Below the pieces are notes generated by a model. It made no database searches and had not been told where the DNA came from. It was given only the letters and a program-made list of their open reading frames with translations. Position numbers and translations under genes: made by a program. This document shows, piece after piece, positions 1 to 8,177 of a stretch of 64,000 nucleotides of DNA (position 1 is its first letter; every line of letters starts with the position of its first letter). Source of the stretch: Terriglobia bacterium (GTDB lineage Bacteria > Acidobacteriota > Terriglobia > UBA7540); the NCBI GenBank assembly GCA_035315065.1, contig DATFYM010000002.1, forward strand, positions 5,949-69,948, written 5' to 3'.

Positions 1-1
1 G

Positions 2-1849
2 GAGCCGCCGCCACCGCCGTCTACTCATCCTCTCGGCCCGGGTACCATGGAGGACGTAGATTTCGGCTTCTCATTCGGCGGCATCCCGGAGGAGCCGCAA
101 AATCCCTTCGACTTCTCGGGCTTCGGGAATCCGGCGCCGGTCGAGGGCATGATGCCGGCGCTCAAGGCGGGTGAAATCAAGGAAGAAACCATTACCCGCG
201 CTGTAGGGCGGATTCTCTTTGAGATGGACAAGTTCGGGTTCCTCGACGGCAAAGGCAAGCATAGCGTGACACCGATCGAGTCCGCCGGCAATGCTCCGAT
301 AGTGCGGAAGACCGGTGAAGATGCTGCCGTGCTGCTCAAGAACGAGGACGGCGCGCTACCGCTGAAGCCGGCTGATCTCGACTCGCTGGCCCTGATCGGC
401 CCCGGCGCCGGGCAGACCATCGCCATCGGCGAGCCGGGCGAGAAAGCTCTGGGCATCCCCGAGCGCCAGATCGGTACTCTTGAAGCCGTGCGAAAACTCG
501 CCCCCACTGCCAAGGTCACTTACGCCGTCGCCGACGACATGACCGGTACAGCGGTGCCCGCCGGCGTCCTCAGCCACGACGGCCAGCCGGGCCTCCTGCG
601 CACCGACGCCAAGACGAAGGCGACGCAGGTGGACCCGCAACTCAACTTCACCAAATCAAATCACCAGGCTCTGCCCGCCGGCGGCTCGTACACCTGGACC
701 GGTACTCTCAACGCGCCAAGCGCGGGCGACTACCTTATCTACCTGCAGATTCTCGGCACTTCCGGCGCTCTGAGCGTGGACGGAAAGCGCATTGTCAGCT
801 CCGGAAACCCGCTTGGCAACCTGCACGGCAACGTCATCAAGGCAGGCGAGCACAACGTGCTGCCTACCACCGACGGACTCGACAACATGCGCCACCGTCT
901 CAGTCTCACGGCCGGCCCGCACGCGCTCTCCGTCACCGCCAGGGCGGACACCTCAGGCGCCCCGGTGCAGATCCGTCTGAGCTGGGTGACTCGCGAGCAG
1001 CAGAAGGCCAACTACGACGCCGCCCTGACGGCAGCGAAAAACGCCAAGACCGTTGTGGTGTTTGTGTGGGGACGCGGCCGGCCCGACTTCGGATTGCCGG
1101 GCGATCAGGCGAAGCTCATCGACGACATCGCCGCGATCAACCCGAACACCATCGTGGTGATGAACCTCAGCCAGCCGGTGGCCATGCCCTGGCTCGACAA
1201 GGTCAAGGCAGTGTTCCAGATGTGGTACCCGGGTGACGAGGGTGGCTGGGCCACGGCTAATTTACTGCTCGGCAAAGTGAGCCCGGCCGGCCGGTTGCCG
1301 TTCACCTGGCCGAAGCGGTTGCAGGACGGTCCCGCCAACGATCCCTCCCATCCCGAGCGCTCGTCCAAAGGCGTTCAAGGCAAGACCACCTACGCCGAGG
1401 GCATCAACGTGGGCTATCGCTGGTTCGACCAGCAGAACATCGAGCCGCAGTTCCCCTTCGGCTTCGGCCTGTCGTATACGACATTCGAGTACTCGGGACT
1501 CAAGATTTCCCGTGCCGCAGACGGCGGGCTGGAGGTGAGCTTCACGCTGCGCAATGCCGGCAAAGTGACGAGCGACGAGGTGCCTCAGGTGTATCTGGGC
1601 GCCCCGAAGGAGCCGCCCGGCGGCGCGCAGTTTGCGGTAAAGGCGCTCGCGGCGTTCGACCGCGTCAGCGTCCCGGCCGGTCAGTCGAAGACCATCACAT
1701 TGCATCTGCCAAGGCGTCGGCTGGAATACTGGTCCACGGCCGATAATCGTTGGGACATTGCCGCCGGCAGCCGCATCCTTTACGTCGCTTCTTCTTCGCG
1801 TGACGTGCGCTTGCAGCATGACGTGAACATCGCTGGCGCGTCTCGGTAG
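2..1849 (+). CDS. Glycoside hydrolase family 3 beta-glucosidase, C-terminal ~615 aa (5' end outside window), with PA14-like insert
   Basis: Frame stays open back to nt 2. GH3 blocks RILFEMDKFGFLD, KLIDDIAAINPNTIVVMN, WYPGDEGG, FPFGFGLSYTTFEYS. Confidence 0.85.
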   Translation, partial: EPPPPPSTHPLGPGTMEDVDFGFSFGGIPEEPQNPFDFSGFGNPAPVEGMMPALKAGEIKEETITRAVGRILFEMDKFGFLDGKGKHSVTPIESAGNAPIVRKTGEDAAVLLKNEDGALPLKPADLDSLALIGPGAGQTIAIGEPGEKALGIPERQIGTLEAVRKLAPTAKVTYAVADDMTGTAVPAGVLSHDGQPGLLRTDAKTKATQVDPQLNFTKSNHQALPAGGSYTWTGTLNAPSAGDYLIYLQILGTSGALSVDGKRIVSSGNPLGNLHGNVIKAGEHNVLPTTDGLDNMRHRLSLTAGPHALSVTARADTSGAPVQIRLSWVTREQQKANYDAALTAAKNAKTVVVFVWGRGRPDFGLPGDQAKLIDDIAAINPNTIVVMNLSQPVAMPWLDKVKAVFQMWYPGDEGGWATANLLLGKVSPAGRLPFTWPKRLQDGPANDPSHPERSSKGVQGKTTYAEGINVGYRWFDQQNIEPQFPFGFGLSYTTFEYSGLKISRAADGGLEVSFTLRNAGKVTSDEVPQVYLGAPKEPPGGAQFAVKALAAFDRVSVPAGQSKTITLHLPRRRLEYWSTADNRWDIAAGSRILYVASSSRDVRLQHDVNIAGASR

Positions 1850-1874
1850 CAATGGACTTTTCCAAGAAGCGGTC

Positions 1875-4277
1875 ATGGCCGCGCAAGAAGCAGCACACGA
1901 CCTGTCGGTGGGCGGCCGGCGGGCTTCGAGGCCGCCTCGGGTGGCTCTCGCCCTCATCGGTTTCACGGCCATCATTGCGCAGATCGTGTTGATGCGAGAG
2001 CTGATCGTTGTCTTCTATGGCAACGAAATATCACTGGGCTTCATTCTAGCCAACTGGTTGCTCTGGACTGCCTTTGGCAGCGGCGCCTTGGGCCGCCTTG
2101 CCGGCAAAGTCCGCAACCCTCGCACGCTCATGGCCGGCTTGCAGGGTCTCATCGGGGTGGTACTTCCTGTCACCATTCTCGTCGTAAGAGCCAGCAAAAA
2201 CGCCTTTCAACCTACATCAGGCGAGATCCTTGGACCGGGCCCCATGTTTCTGACGTCCTTGGCGGTCCTCAGCGTGTTCTGCTCGGTCTCCGGGTTGCTT
2301 TTCGCCGCCGGCAGCCGCGCCTATGCTCGCGAGGCAGGGGCGTCGAGCATTGAGGCAACCAGTTCCGTGTACCTGCTGGAGGCGATAGGCTCCGGTGTGG
2401 GTGGCCTTCTGGCGAGCCTGGTTCTGATCCGCTACTTCGATGCTTTCGAAATAGCGTCGTTGGTCAGCATCCTGAACTTCGTGGCCGCGATTCTGATCGT
2501 CGAGGCGCCGCGGCTCCGACGCGCCCTCGTCGGAGGGCTTCTCGCAGTCTTCGCCTTTCTCGTTCTCCCCTTCCTCAACCGCCGACTCGAGAAGATGTCA
2601 CTGGCCTGGCTCTGGCGTGGCTTCCAGGTGGTGGCGATCCGCAACTCCATCTATGGCAATCTGGCCGTGGTTAAGACAGAAGGCACTCGCAGTCTCTTCG
2701 AAAATGGTCTGGTAGTCTTCAGCGTACCGAACCTCGAGTCGGCGGAGGAAGCTGTCCATTTCGCCCTGCTGCAACATCCCGCGCCGCGAAGCCTGCTGCT
2801 GATCGGCGGCGGCGTGAACGGAAGCCTCGCCCAGGCTCTCCAGCACTCGACCATCGAGCGCGTCGACTACGTTGAGCTTGATCCGGCGGTTCTGGATTTG
2901 GCCCGGCGCTACTTTCCGCAAGAATGGAGTCCGATCGGTTCCGATCCACGAGTGCACGCGCACCCCATCGACGGGCGCTTGTTTCTGAAGACGACGCGAG
3001 ACAGGTTCGACGTCATCATCCTCAACCTTCCCGATCCGGAGACTGCGCAGCTCAACCGATTCTATACCGACGAGTTCTTCCGGGAAGTGGCGGCCAAGCT
3101 GACCCCATCCGGAATCTTTTCGTTCCAGCTCCGAGCGGCGGAAGACTTTATCAGCCCCGAACTGGCGGACTTCCTGCGTTGCATCAAGAAGACGCTGAGC
3201 GAGGTCTTTCCGGAAGTGACCTTTATTCCCGGGGGTACCGTCCATTTCTTTGCCGCCCAGCGCCCCGCACTCCTCGCCACTGGTTCCCAGGACCTTTTGT
3301 CACGACTGCAAGCGCGGCATCTCCGCACCCGCTATGTTCGCGAGTATTACATTCCCTTCCGCATGATGCCGGACCGCATGGCCGATCTCGACCTGCAGAT
3401 CCGGCCACTCGCGGATACGCCCGTCAACCGCGATTTCACACCGGTAGCCTACTATTTCGATGTCGCCCTTTGGAGCCAGCGGTTCAATCACAGCTACCGT
3501 CAGGTGTTCCATTCCGCGGCGAGCGTGCGCTTCCGTTCCGTGATTGTCGCCGTGGGGTTGCTCCTGCTCGCGATCGCCGGAAGCCTTCGCTGGTTGGCGA
3601 AGAACGGTCAGCGATCCCGATCCAGTGCCGGCTTCTGCGTCGCCACCACCGGATTCACACTCATGGGCCTGGAGATGCTTTTGTTGCTGGGTTTCCAGGC
3701 CATCTACGGCTACGTTTACCACCAACTGGCCATCCTGATCGCTGCCTTCATGGTGGGAATGGCGGTGGGCAGTTGGTGGGCTAGGGGGGGGTCCAGTGGT
3801 GCCCCGAAGAGCGGCGCTAAGGGGCCGGACCCCGCTGGACCGAAACCGGGCGGCGCGGCAGGAAAACGGCAGGCAGTGTTGATCCTTGCCTGGCTGCAGA
3901 TCCTCGTCGCCGTCTCTCCGCTCCTGCTGTACGCATTGTTGGCCTGGTTCGCCGGGATCAGGACCGCGCTGGGACTGTGGGTGGTAAGCCAGATCGTGTT
4001 TCCCACCCTGGCCATCCTCTGCGGACTCCTGGGAGGATACCAGTTCCCGGTTGCCAGCCGGATGTTTTTCGTCAGCTCGCGGCAGGAGTCTAGCGGTCTA
4101 GGCTCGCTATATGCTCTGGACCTCCTGGGAGCCTGCCTCGGCGCGGTGCTCCTGAGCGTGTATTGGGTTCCCGTCTTCGGCTTCCTGAAGACCGCGTTGC
4201 TTAGTGCGGTGGTGAACCTGGCACCTGCCGGCCTTGCATATCTCTCGATGGGGGAACCCCCGGTTGATCGGGCATGA
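1875..4277 (+). CDS. Fused multi-TM (MFS-like) / spermidine synthase-like protein
   Basis: Hydrophobic helix blocks at both ends flank a SpeE-type core (LLLIGGGVNGS, VDYVELDPAV, FDVIILNLPDP, FYTDEFF). Confidence 0.75.
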   Translation: MAAQEAAHDLSVGGRRASRPPRVALALIGFTAIIAQIVLMRELIVVFYGNEISLGFILANWLLWTAFGSGALGRLAGKVRNPRTLMAGLQGLIGVVLPVTILVVRASKNAFQPTSGEILGPGPMFLTSLAVLSVFCSVSGLLFAAGSRAYAREAGASSIEATSSVYLLEAIGSGVGGLLASLVLIRYFDAFEIASLVSILNFVAAILIVEAPRLRRALVGGLLAVFAFLVLPFLNRRLEKMSLAWLWRGFQVVAIRNSIYGNLAVVKTEGTRSLFENGLVVFSVPNLESAEEAVHFALLQHPAPRSLLLIGGGVNGSLAQALQHSTIERVDYVELDPAVLDLARRYFPQEWSPIGSDPRVHAHPIDGRLFLKTTRDRFDVIILNLPDPETAQLNRFYTDEFFREVAAKLTPSGIFSFQLRAAEDFISPELADFLRCIKKTLSEVFPEVTFIPGGTVHFFAAQRPALLATGSQDLLSRLQARHLRTRYVREYYIPFRMMPDRMADLDLQIRPLADTPVNRDFTPVAYYFDVALWSQRFNHSYRQVFHSAASVRFRSVIVAVGLLLLAIAGSLRWLAKNGQRSRSSAGFCVATTGFTLMGLEMLLLLGFQAIYGYVYHQLAILIAAFMVGMAVGSWWARGGSSGAPKSGAKGPDPAGPKPGGAAGKRQAVLILAWLQILVAVSPLLLYALLAWFAGIRTALGLWVVSQIVFPTLAILCGLLGGYQFPVASRMFFVSSRQESSGLGSLYALDLLGACLGAVLLSVYWVPVFGFLKTALLSAVVNLAPAGLAYLSMGEPPVDRA

Positions 4278-5826
4278 CGGCATCGGGAGCGTGAGGCTGG
4301 CCGAAAACCAGGGCGGAGAACTGGAAAACATCCGTATCCTCGTTCTGCCAGCAGCGCCGCGGCAGTCCCGCCTTGACGCACGTCTGGTCGAGGAAGGTCG
4401 TCCGATCCCAGTGCTCCTCACTGGCGACCTGAGGCAAAAGCACCCCTTGCGATTCGCCCTCCCGCACGAGTAATCCATCATGGCCGACCTGGATTTGCTT
4501 CCAGTCCGTCACCCGGCGCAGCGGTGACAGGACCGAGATCTCGTATTCCAGCTCACCCAGTTCGGCAGCGGAGACCGGCGAAAAGCGCGGGTCTCGAACT
4601 GCCGCAAATGCCGCCACGTCGCGCACCGTCATACAGAGAGGTTTGAGGGGTGTGATGTAGCCGATACACCCGCGCAGCTCTCCTTTCTTCTTTAGCGTCA
4701 CGAAGGCGCCGCGGTCCCGCGTCAGAGCTTCGAGCCCCCCGGGCGAGCACTCATAGAGCTTGCCCTCGCGTACGGCGCTTTCCACGGACTTTTTCGCGAT
4801 CGTCATCAGCGCCTGCTCTTCCTTCACGTCCAGCCTGAACTCAGCGCCTTTCGAACCGCGTGACGCCGCCTCCTTGACGAACGCCTCCGCTCCGTAGCCG
4901 ACCACCCGACTCTTGTCGGGGGTGACGTCTCCCGAGTTGGCGTATTTGAGGATGATGGCGCGATTGGCTCCCAGGCGCTCGGCCGCGATCATCGCTGCCA
5001 CGATACCCCCTCCGCCGCAAGCCTCCCACACCCGCTGCTCGAAGTTGCCCGACATGTTGAAGTAGTCCCACTCTTCGATCGCTTTCAGCGTCTTGTGGTC
5101 GATGGTCTCCGCCTCGTCGTAGGGATGGTAATGCGACATATCGGAGCTGGCCACGATGAGGGTGTTAAAGTCGCCATCGGCGGTCGTCCCCTCCTTCTCG
5201 ATGAGCTTGGCCAGGCTCACGCCCAGCGCCCGCGAGGTGCCGTAGTCTTGTTCGCCCATCACCACCGGCACCAGCTTGAATTCGCCCAGCACGCGTTGCA
5301 GGAAGGGCAGTTCGTCCTCCAACGCATGTTCCCACCGGCCTTGAACCTCTCCATGTCCCTGGCCGGAGAACTTGATGAGCGGACTCATAGCCACCAGCTT
5401 GGCGGCAAAAGCCTTGTCGACCAGGACCTGGCCCAGCGGCGTAGCGTAGGCGTCGCCGTCATAGACTGAATTGAAGGGGAAGGCCTCATAGTGGCTGGGC
5501 GCTATCACCACCACGCGAGTGAACTTCCGTCCCCGCAGCAGAGCGTAGGAGTACGCCGCCACCGGACCGGAAAAGGGATAACCCGCGTGCGGCGCAACCA
5601 GCGCCACCAGCGGCCCCTTGAGTGCCGGCGCCGTTGCCTGAGCCAGAAAGTCGTCCACCATTTTGCCCAGTTCCTTCGGGTCGGCGGGATAGAAGCTCCC
5701 GGCAACTCCGGGCTGTCTTACCTTTGGTTTGTCAGCCGCTCTGGCATGGCCGCGCGGCAGCGAACAAGCCAACAACAGAAATAGGGAAGGAAAGTAGCGC
5801 CAATCTAGTTTCTTGGTCACGCTCAT
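4201..5826 (-). CDS. AmmeMemoRadiSam system protein B (Memo-like) fused to protein A (AMMECR1), with N-terminal signal-like leader
   Basis: Leader MSVTKKLDWRYFPSLFLLLACSLPRGHARA. Memo blocks PHAGYPFSGPVAAYSY, IAPSHY, SSDMSHY. AMMECR1 blocks GAFVTLKKKGELRGCIGYI, LLPQVA. Confidence 0.85.
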   Translation of the reverse strand: MSVTKKLDWRYFPSLFLLLACSLPRGHARAADKPKVRQPGVAGSFYPADPKELGKMVDDFLAQATAPALKGPLVALVAPHAGYPFSGPVAAYSYALLRGRKFTRVVVIAPSHYEAFPFNSVYDGDAYATPLGQVLVDKAFAAKLVAMSPLIKFSGQGHGEVQGRWEHALEDELPFLQRVLGEFKLVPVVMGEQDYGTSRALGVSLAKLIEKEGTTADGDFNTLIVASSDMSHYHPYDEAETIDHKTLKAIEEWDYFNMSGNFEQRVWEACGGGGIVAAMIAAERLGANRAIILKYANSGDVTPDKSRVVGYGAEAFVKEAASRGSKGAEFRLDVKEEQALMTIAKKSVESAVREGKLYECSPGGLEALTRDRGAFVTLKKKGELRGCIGYITPLKPLCMTVRDVAAFAAVRDPRFSPVSAAELGELEYEISVLSPLRRVTDWKQIQVGHDGLLVREGESQGVLLPQVASEEHWDRTTFLDQTCVKAGLPRRCWQNEDTDVFQFSALVFGQPHAPDAVMPDQPGVPPSRDMQGRQVPGSPPH

Positions 5827-5885
5827 AGTTCGTCCTCCCGAGAGTTCATGCTAAGGCGACGCTGAGGAAGGCGTGAAAAAATAAG

Positions 5886-5975
5886 AAGTTTCTCGCAAAG
5901 GCGCAAAGGCGCGCACAGTCGCAAAGAAGAAACCCTTTGCGTGCTTTGCGAACTTTGCGGCTTTGCGAGAAACTT
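5886..5975. repeat. Word-periodic palindrome, GCAAAG class
   Basis: AAGTTTCTCGCAAAGGCGCAAAG.. pairs with ..CTTTGCGGCTTTGCGAGAAACTT. A-run/T-run flanks. Lies between the radical SAM and Memo/AMMECR1 genes. Confidence 0.85.
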
Positions 5976-6148
5976 TTTGCTTTTCAACTTTCTTCACACG
6001 TTCTGAGGTCTCACCGTGCGTGAAGAGCCGCACCACCCATTTGTAAGCCAGGTCAGCCGGGTGTTTTTGCGCGCGTCCTATGGCCGAACGCTGTTCGGCC
6101 CTACGATTCTCCTTGCTGCCGACTGCCTTCTGCCTTCTGCCTACTTCT

Positions 6149-7414
6149 TCACGACCACAAGCCCGGAATCACCTGCTGGCAGTACTCGCACTTGCCTTTT
6201 CTCACGTGCATCTGGCCTACGGTGAACCCCTGGCGCTCCACCACGATACGGCGGCACTTGGGGCAGTAAGTGTTTTCCGCGGGGTGGCCGGGCACGTTAC
6301 CGATGTAAACGTAGTGGAGACCCTCGGCATCGGCGATGGCCTTGGCCCGTTCCAAGGTCTCCACCGGCGTCTCGGGAAGGTTGGTCAACAGATACTCGGG
6401 ATGGAAACGCGTGAAGTGCACGGGGACGTCAGGGCCCAAGTCGGACTTCACCCACCGTGCCATGGCCTTGAATTCCGCGTCTCCGTCGTTCAAGGTCGGG
6501 ATCACCAGGTACACGATCTCGGTCCACGTTCCCTGTTTCTTGATCGTCACCAGGGTGTCGAGCACGGGCTTCAACTCGCCGTTCACGACTTCTTTGTAGA
6601 ACTTCTCTGAAAATCCCTTCAGGTCTATCTTGATGGCGTCTACGGTCCGGCACCAGGTTTTCAGGGGATCTTGTTGGATGTACCCTCCGCTGATCACCAC
6701 GCTTTTGACGCCGACATTGTGTCCGGCCTCCGCCGCGTCCATCACATACTCGTAGAAGATCACGGGCTCGCTATAAGTGTAGGCGATCGACGGGCACTGG
6801 TACTGTTTCGCCAGCGACGCGAGATCGCGGGGCGGTACGTAGTTGCTCTTGACCTGCTCCGGCCGCACCTGGGAGATCTCCCAGTTCTGGCACATCTTGC
6901 AGTTGACGTTGCAGCCCGCCGTGGCGATGGAGAAGGCCATGGTACCGGGCTGGAAATGGAACAAGGGCTTCTTTTCAATGGGATCGACGTGCGCGGTCAC
7001 CACCCGTGAATGGACCAGGCTGTAGTATTTGCCCCCGCGGTTCTCCCGCGCGCCGCAGTAGCCCCGCTCGCGATCGTCGATCACGCACTCGCGCGGGCAA
7101 AGCTTGCACTTGGTCTTCTTGTACGCGAGCTTCTCGTAGAACTTCGCTTCGACGATGAATTGCGAATCGTCAGCCGCCGCCGTGCCCGTTGGGATGGGAC
7201 TTGTTGGGATGGGACTTGCCCCACCGCCGGAGGCAGGCCCGGAAAGAAGTCCTATCGGGATCGCGCTCGCCGACGCCAGCGCACAACCGGCCAGGCAGGG
7301 AAGCGCGGCGGCTTTCAGGAACGCCCTGCGATCAACCCCCGAGTTCTGATCCCAAGTCAGGAACCGGCGGTCGCCGATCTTCAACCCCTGCTTTTCGGTG
7401 GCTTCGTTCCTCAT
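6149..7414 (-). CDS. AmmeMemoRadiSam system radical SAM enzyme with twin-arginine/lipobox-type N-terminus
   Basis: CNVNCKMC (CxxxCxxC) cluster motif. N-terminus DRRAFLKAAALPCLAGCALASASA. Adjacent to the Memo/AMMECR1 gene. The ATG at 7414 lies inside a repeat element, and a TTG at 7384 is an alternative start. Confidence 0.85.
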   Translation of the reverse strand: MRNEATEKQGLKIGDRRFLTWDQNSGVDRRAFLKAAALPCLAGCALASASAIPIGLLSGPASGGGASPIPTSPIPTGTAAADDSQFIVEAKFYEKLAYKKTKCKLCPRECVIDDRERGYCGARENRGGKYYSLVHSRVVTAHVDPIEKKPLFHFQPGTMAFSIATAGCNVNCKMCQNWEISQVRPEQVKSNYVPPRDLASLAKQYQCPSIAYTYSEPVIFYEYVMDAAEAGHNVGVKSVVISGGYIQQDPLKTWCRTVDAIKIDLKGFSEKFYKEVVNGELKPVLDTLVTIKKQGTWTEIVYLVIPTLNDGDAEFKAMARWVKSDLGPDVPVHFTRFHPEYLLTNLPETPVETLERAKAIADAEGLHYVYIGNVPGHPAENTYCPKCRRIVVERQGFTVGQMHVRKGKCEYCQQVIPGLWS

Positions 7415-7500
7415 CTTTTCCTATCGACTTCCTTTATTTTCATACAAATCGGTGGCTTCGTTTTTCAAAAAGCTCTCAGCTTTCAGCTCTCAGCTGTCAG
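7396..7500 (+). repeat. Element A copy (two GGTGGCTTCGTT cores ~54 nt apart plus CAGC-word tail)
   Basis: CGGTGGCTTCGTTCC at 7396 and CAAATCGGTGGCTTCGTTTTTCAAAAAGCTCTCAGCTTTCAGC at 7445. Core 1 overlaps the first codons of the radical SAM ORF. Confidence 0.85.
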
Positions 7501-7810
7501 TTTTCAGTTCCAGCCCCTTTCCCGCTTGACTTTCCCTCGTTAATACCGCCCCTCCCGGGTTTTCCACCGTCCGTGCTCCCCGATCTGCGAGGCCGGTCAA
7601 TAGTAAGGACTGGTTGGCGATCCGAAAACGCCAAATGGGTTCGTATGGAAAACCCAACCCAAGATGTCCTTTGCTGCCAATACAGATTTGGGTTCGGTCC
7701 GATTTTTTCGCCTTTCTTTCCGGATTTCTCGATATATTTGCTGACGTCATGCATCCACTCTGTCCAGTACAACCTCGTTACTCTTATGGTAAAATAGGCG
7801 GAAAGAATAA

Positions 7811-7909
7811 GAGGTTTCTCGCAAAGCCGCAAAGTTTAGGAGGAGTCGCAAAGAAGCAACTTCTTCTCTTTGTTTGCATTGCGAACTTTGCGCCTTGGCG
7901 AGAAACTCC
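7811..7909. repeat. Word-periodic palindrome, GCAAAG class
   Basis: GAGGTTTCTCGCAAAGCCGCAAAG.. / ..CTTTGCGCCTTGGCGAGAAACTCC. Sister of the 5886 copy. Confidence 0.85.
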
Positions 7910-8044
7910 TTTGTTCTCCCCATTTCTTCACACCTTCTCAGTTTTCAGCCTTCAATCACCCAACCCCCACTTCTCACTCTCATTTCCAAGGTCAAGCCTG
8001 GGCGTTCTCTTTACCGAGAACTGATAACTGAGAACTGAAAACCC

Positions 8045-8150
8045 TCAAACGGTGGCTTCGTTCCTGACTCTTCCACAGGCCGATCCTTTGTTTTCAAGCA
8101 AATCGGTGGCTTCGTTTTTCAAAAGCTGTCGGCTTTCAGCCGTCAGTCAT
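8045..8150 (+). repeat. Element A copy
   Basis: AACGGTGGCTTCGTTCCTGACTCTTCCACAGGCCGATCCTTTGTTTTCAAGCAAATCGGTGGCTTCGTTTTTCAAAAGCTGTCGGCTTTCAGCC. About 30 nt past the ADOP stop. Confidence 0.9.
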
Positions 8151-8177
8151 CACCTTCCTCCCATTGATCGAGGGGCG

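Noticed and set aside
4201-4277. 77-nt convergent overlap of two CDS as evidence of a mis-called gene
   Set aside because: Both ORFs carry strong domain signatures up to shortly before the overlap. Only poorly conserved C-terminal tails overlap, which is plausible in a high-GC genome. The overlap is noted under the findings instead.
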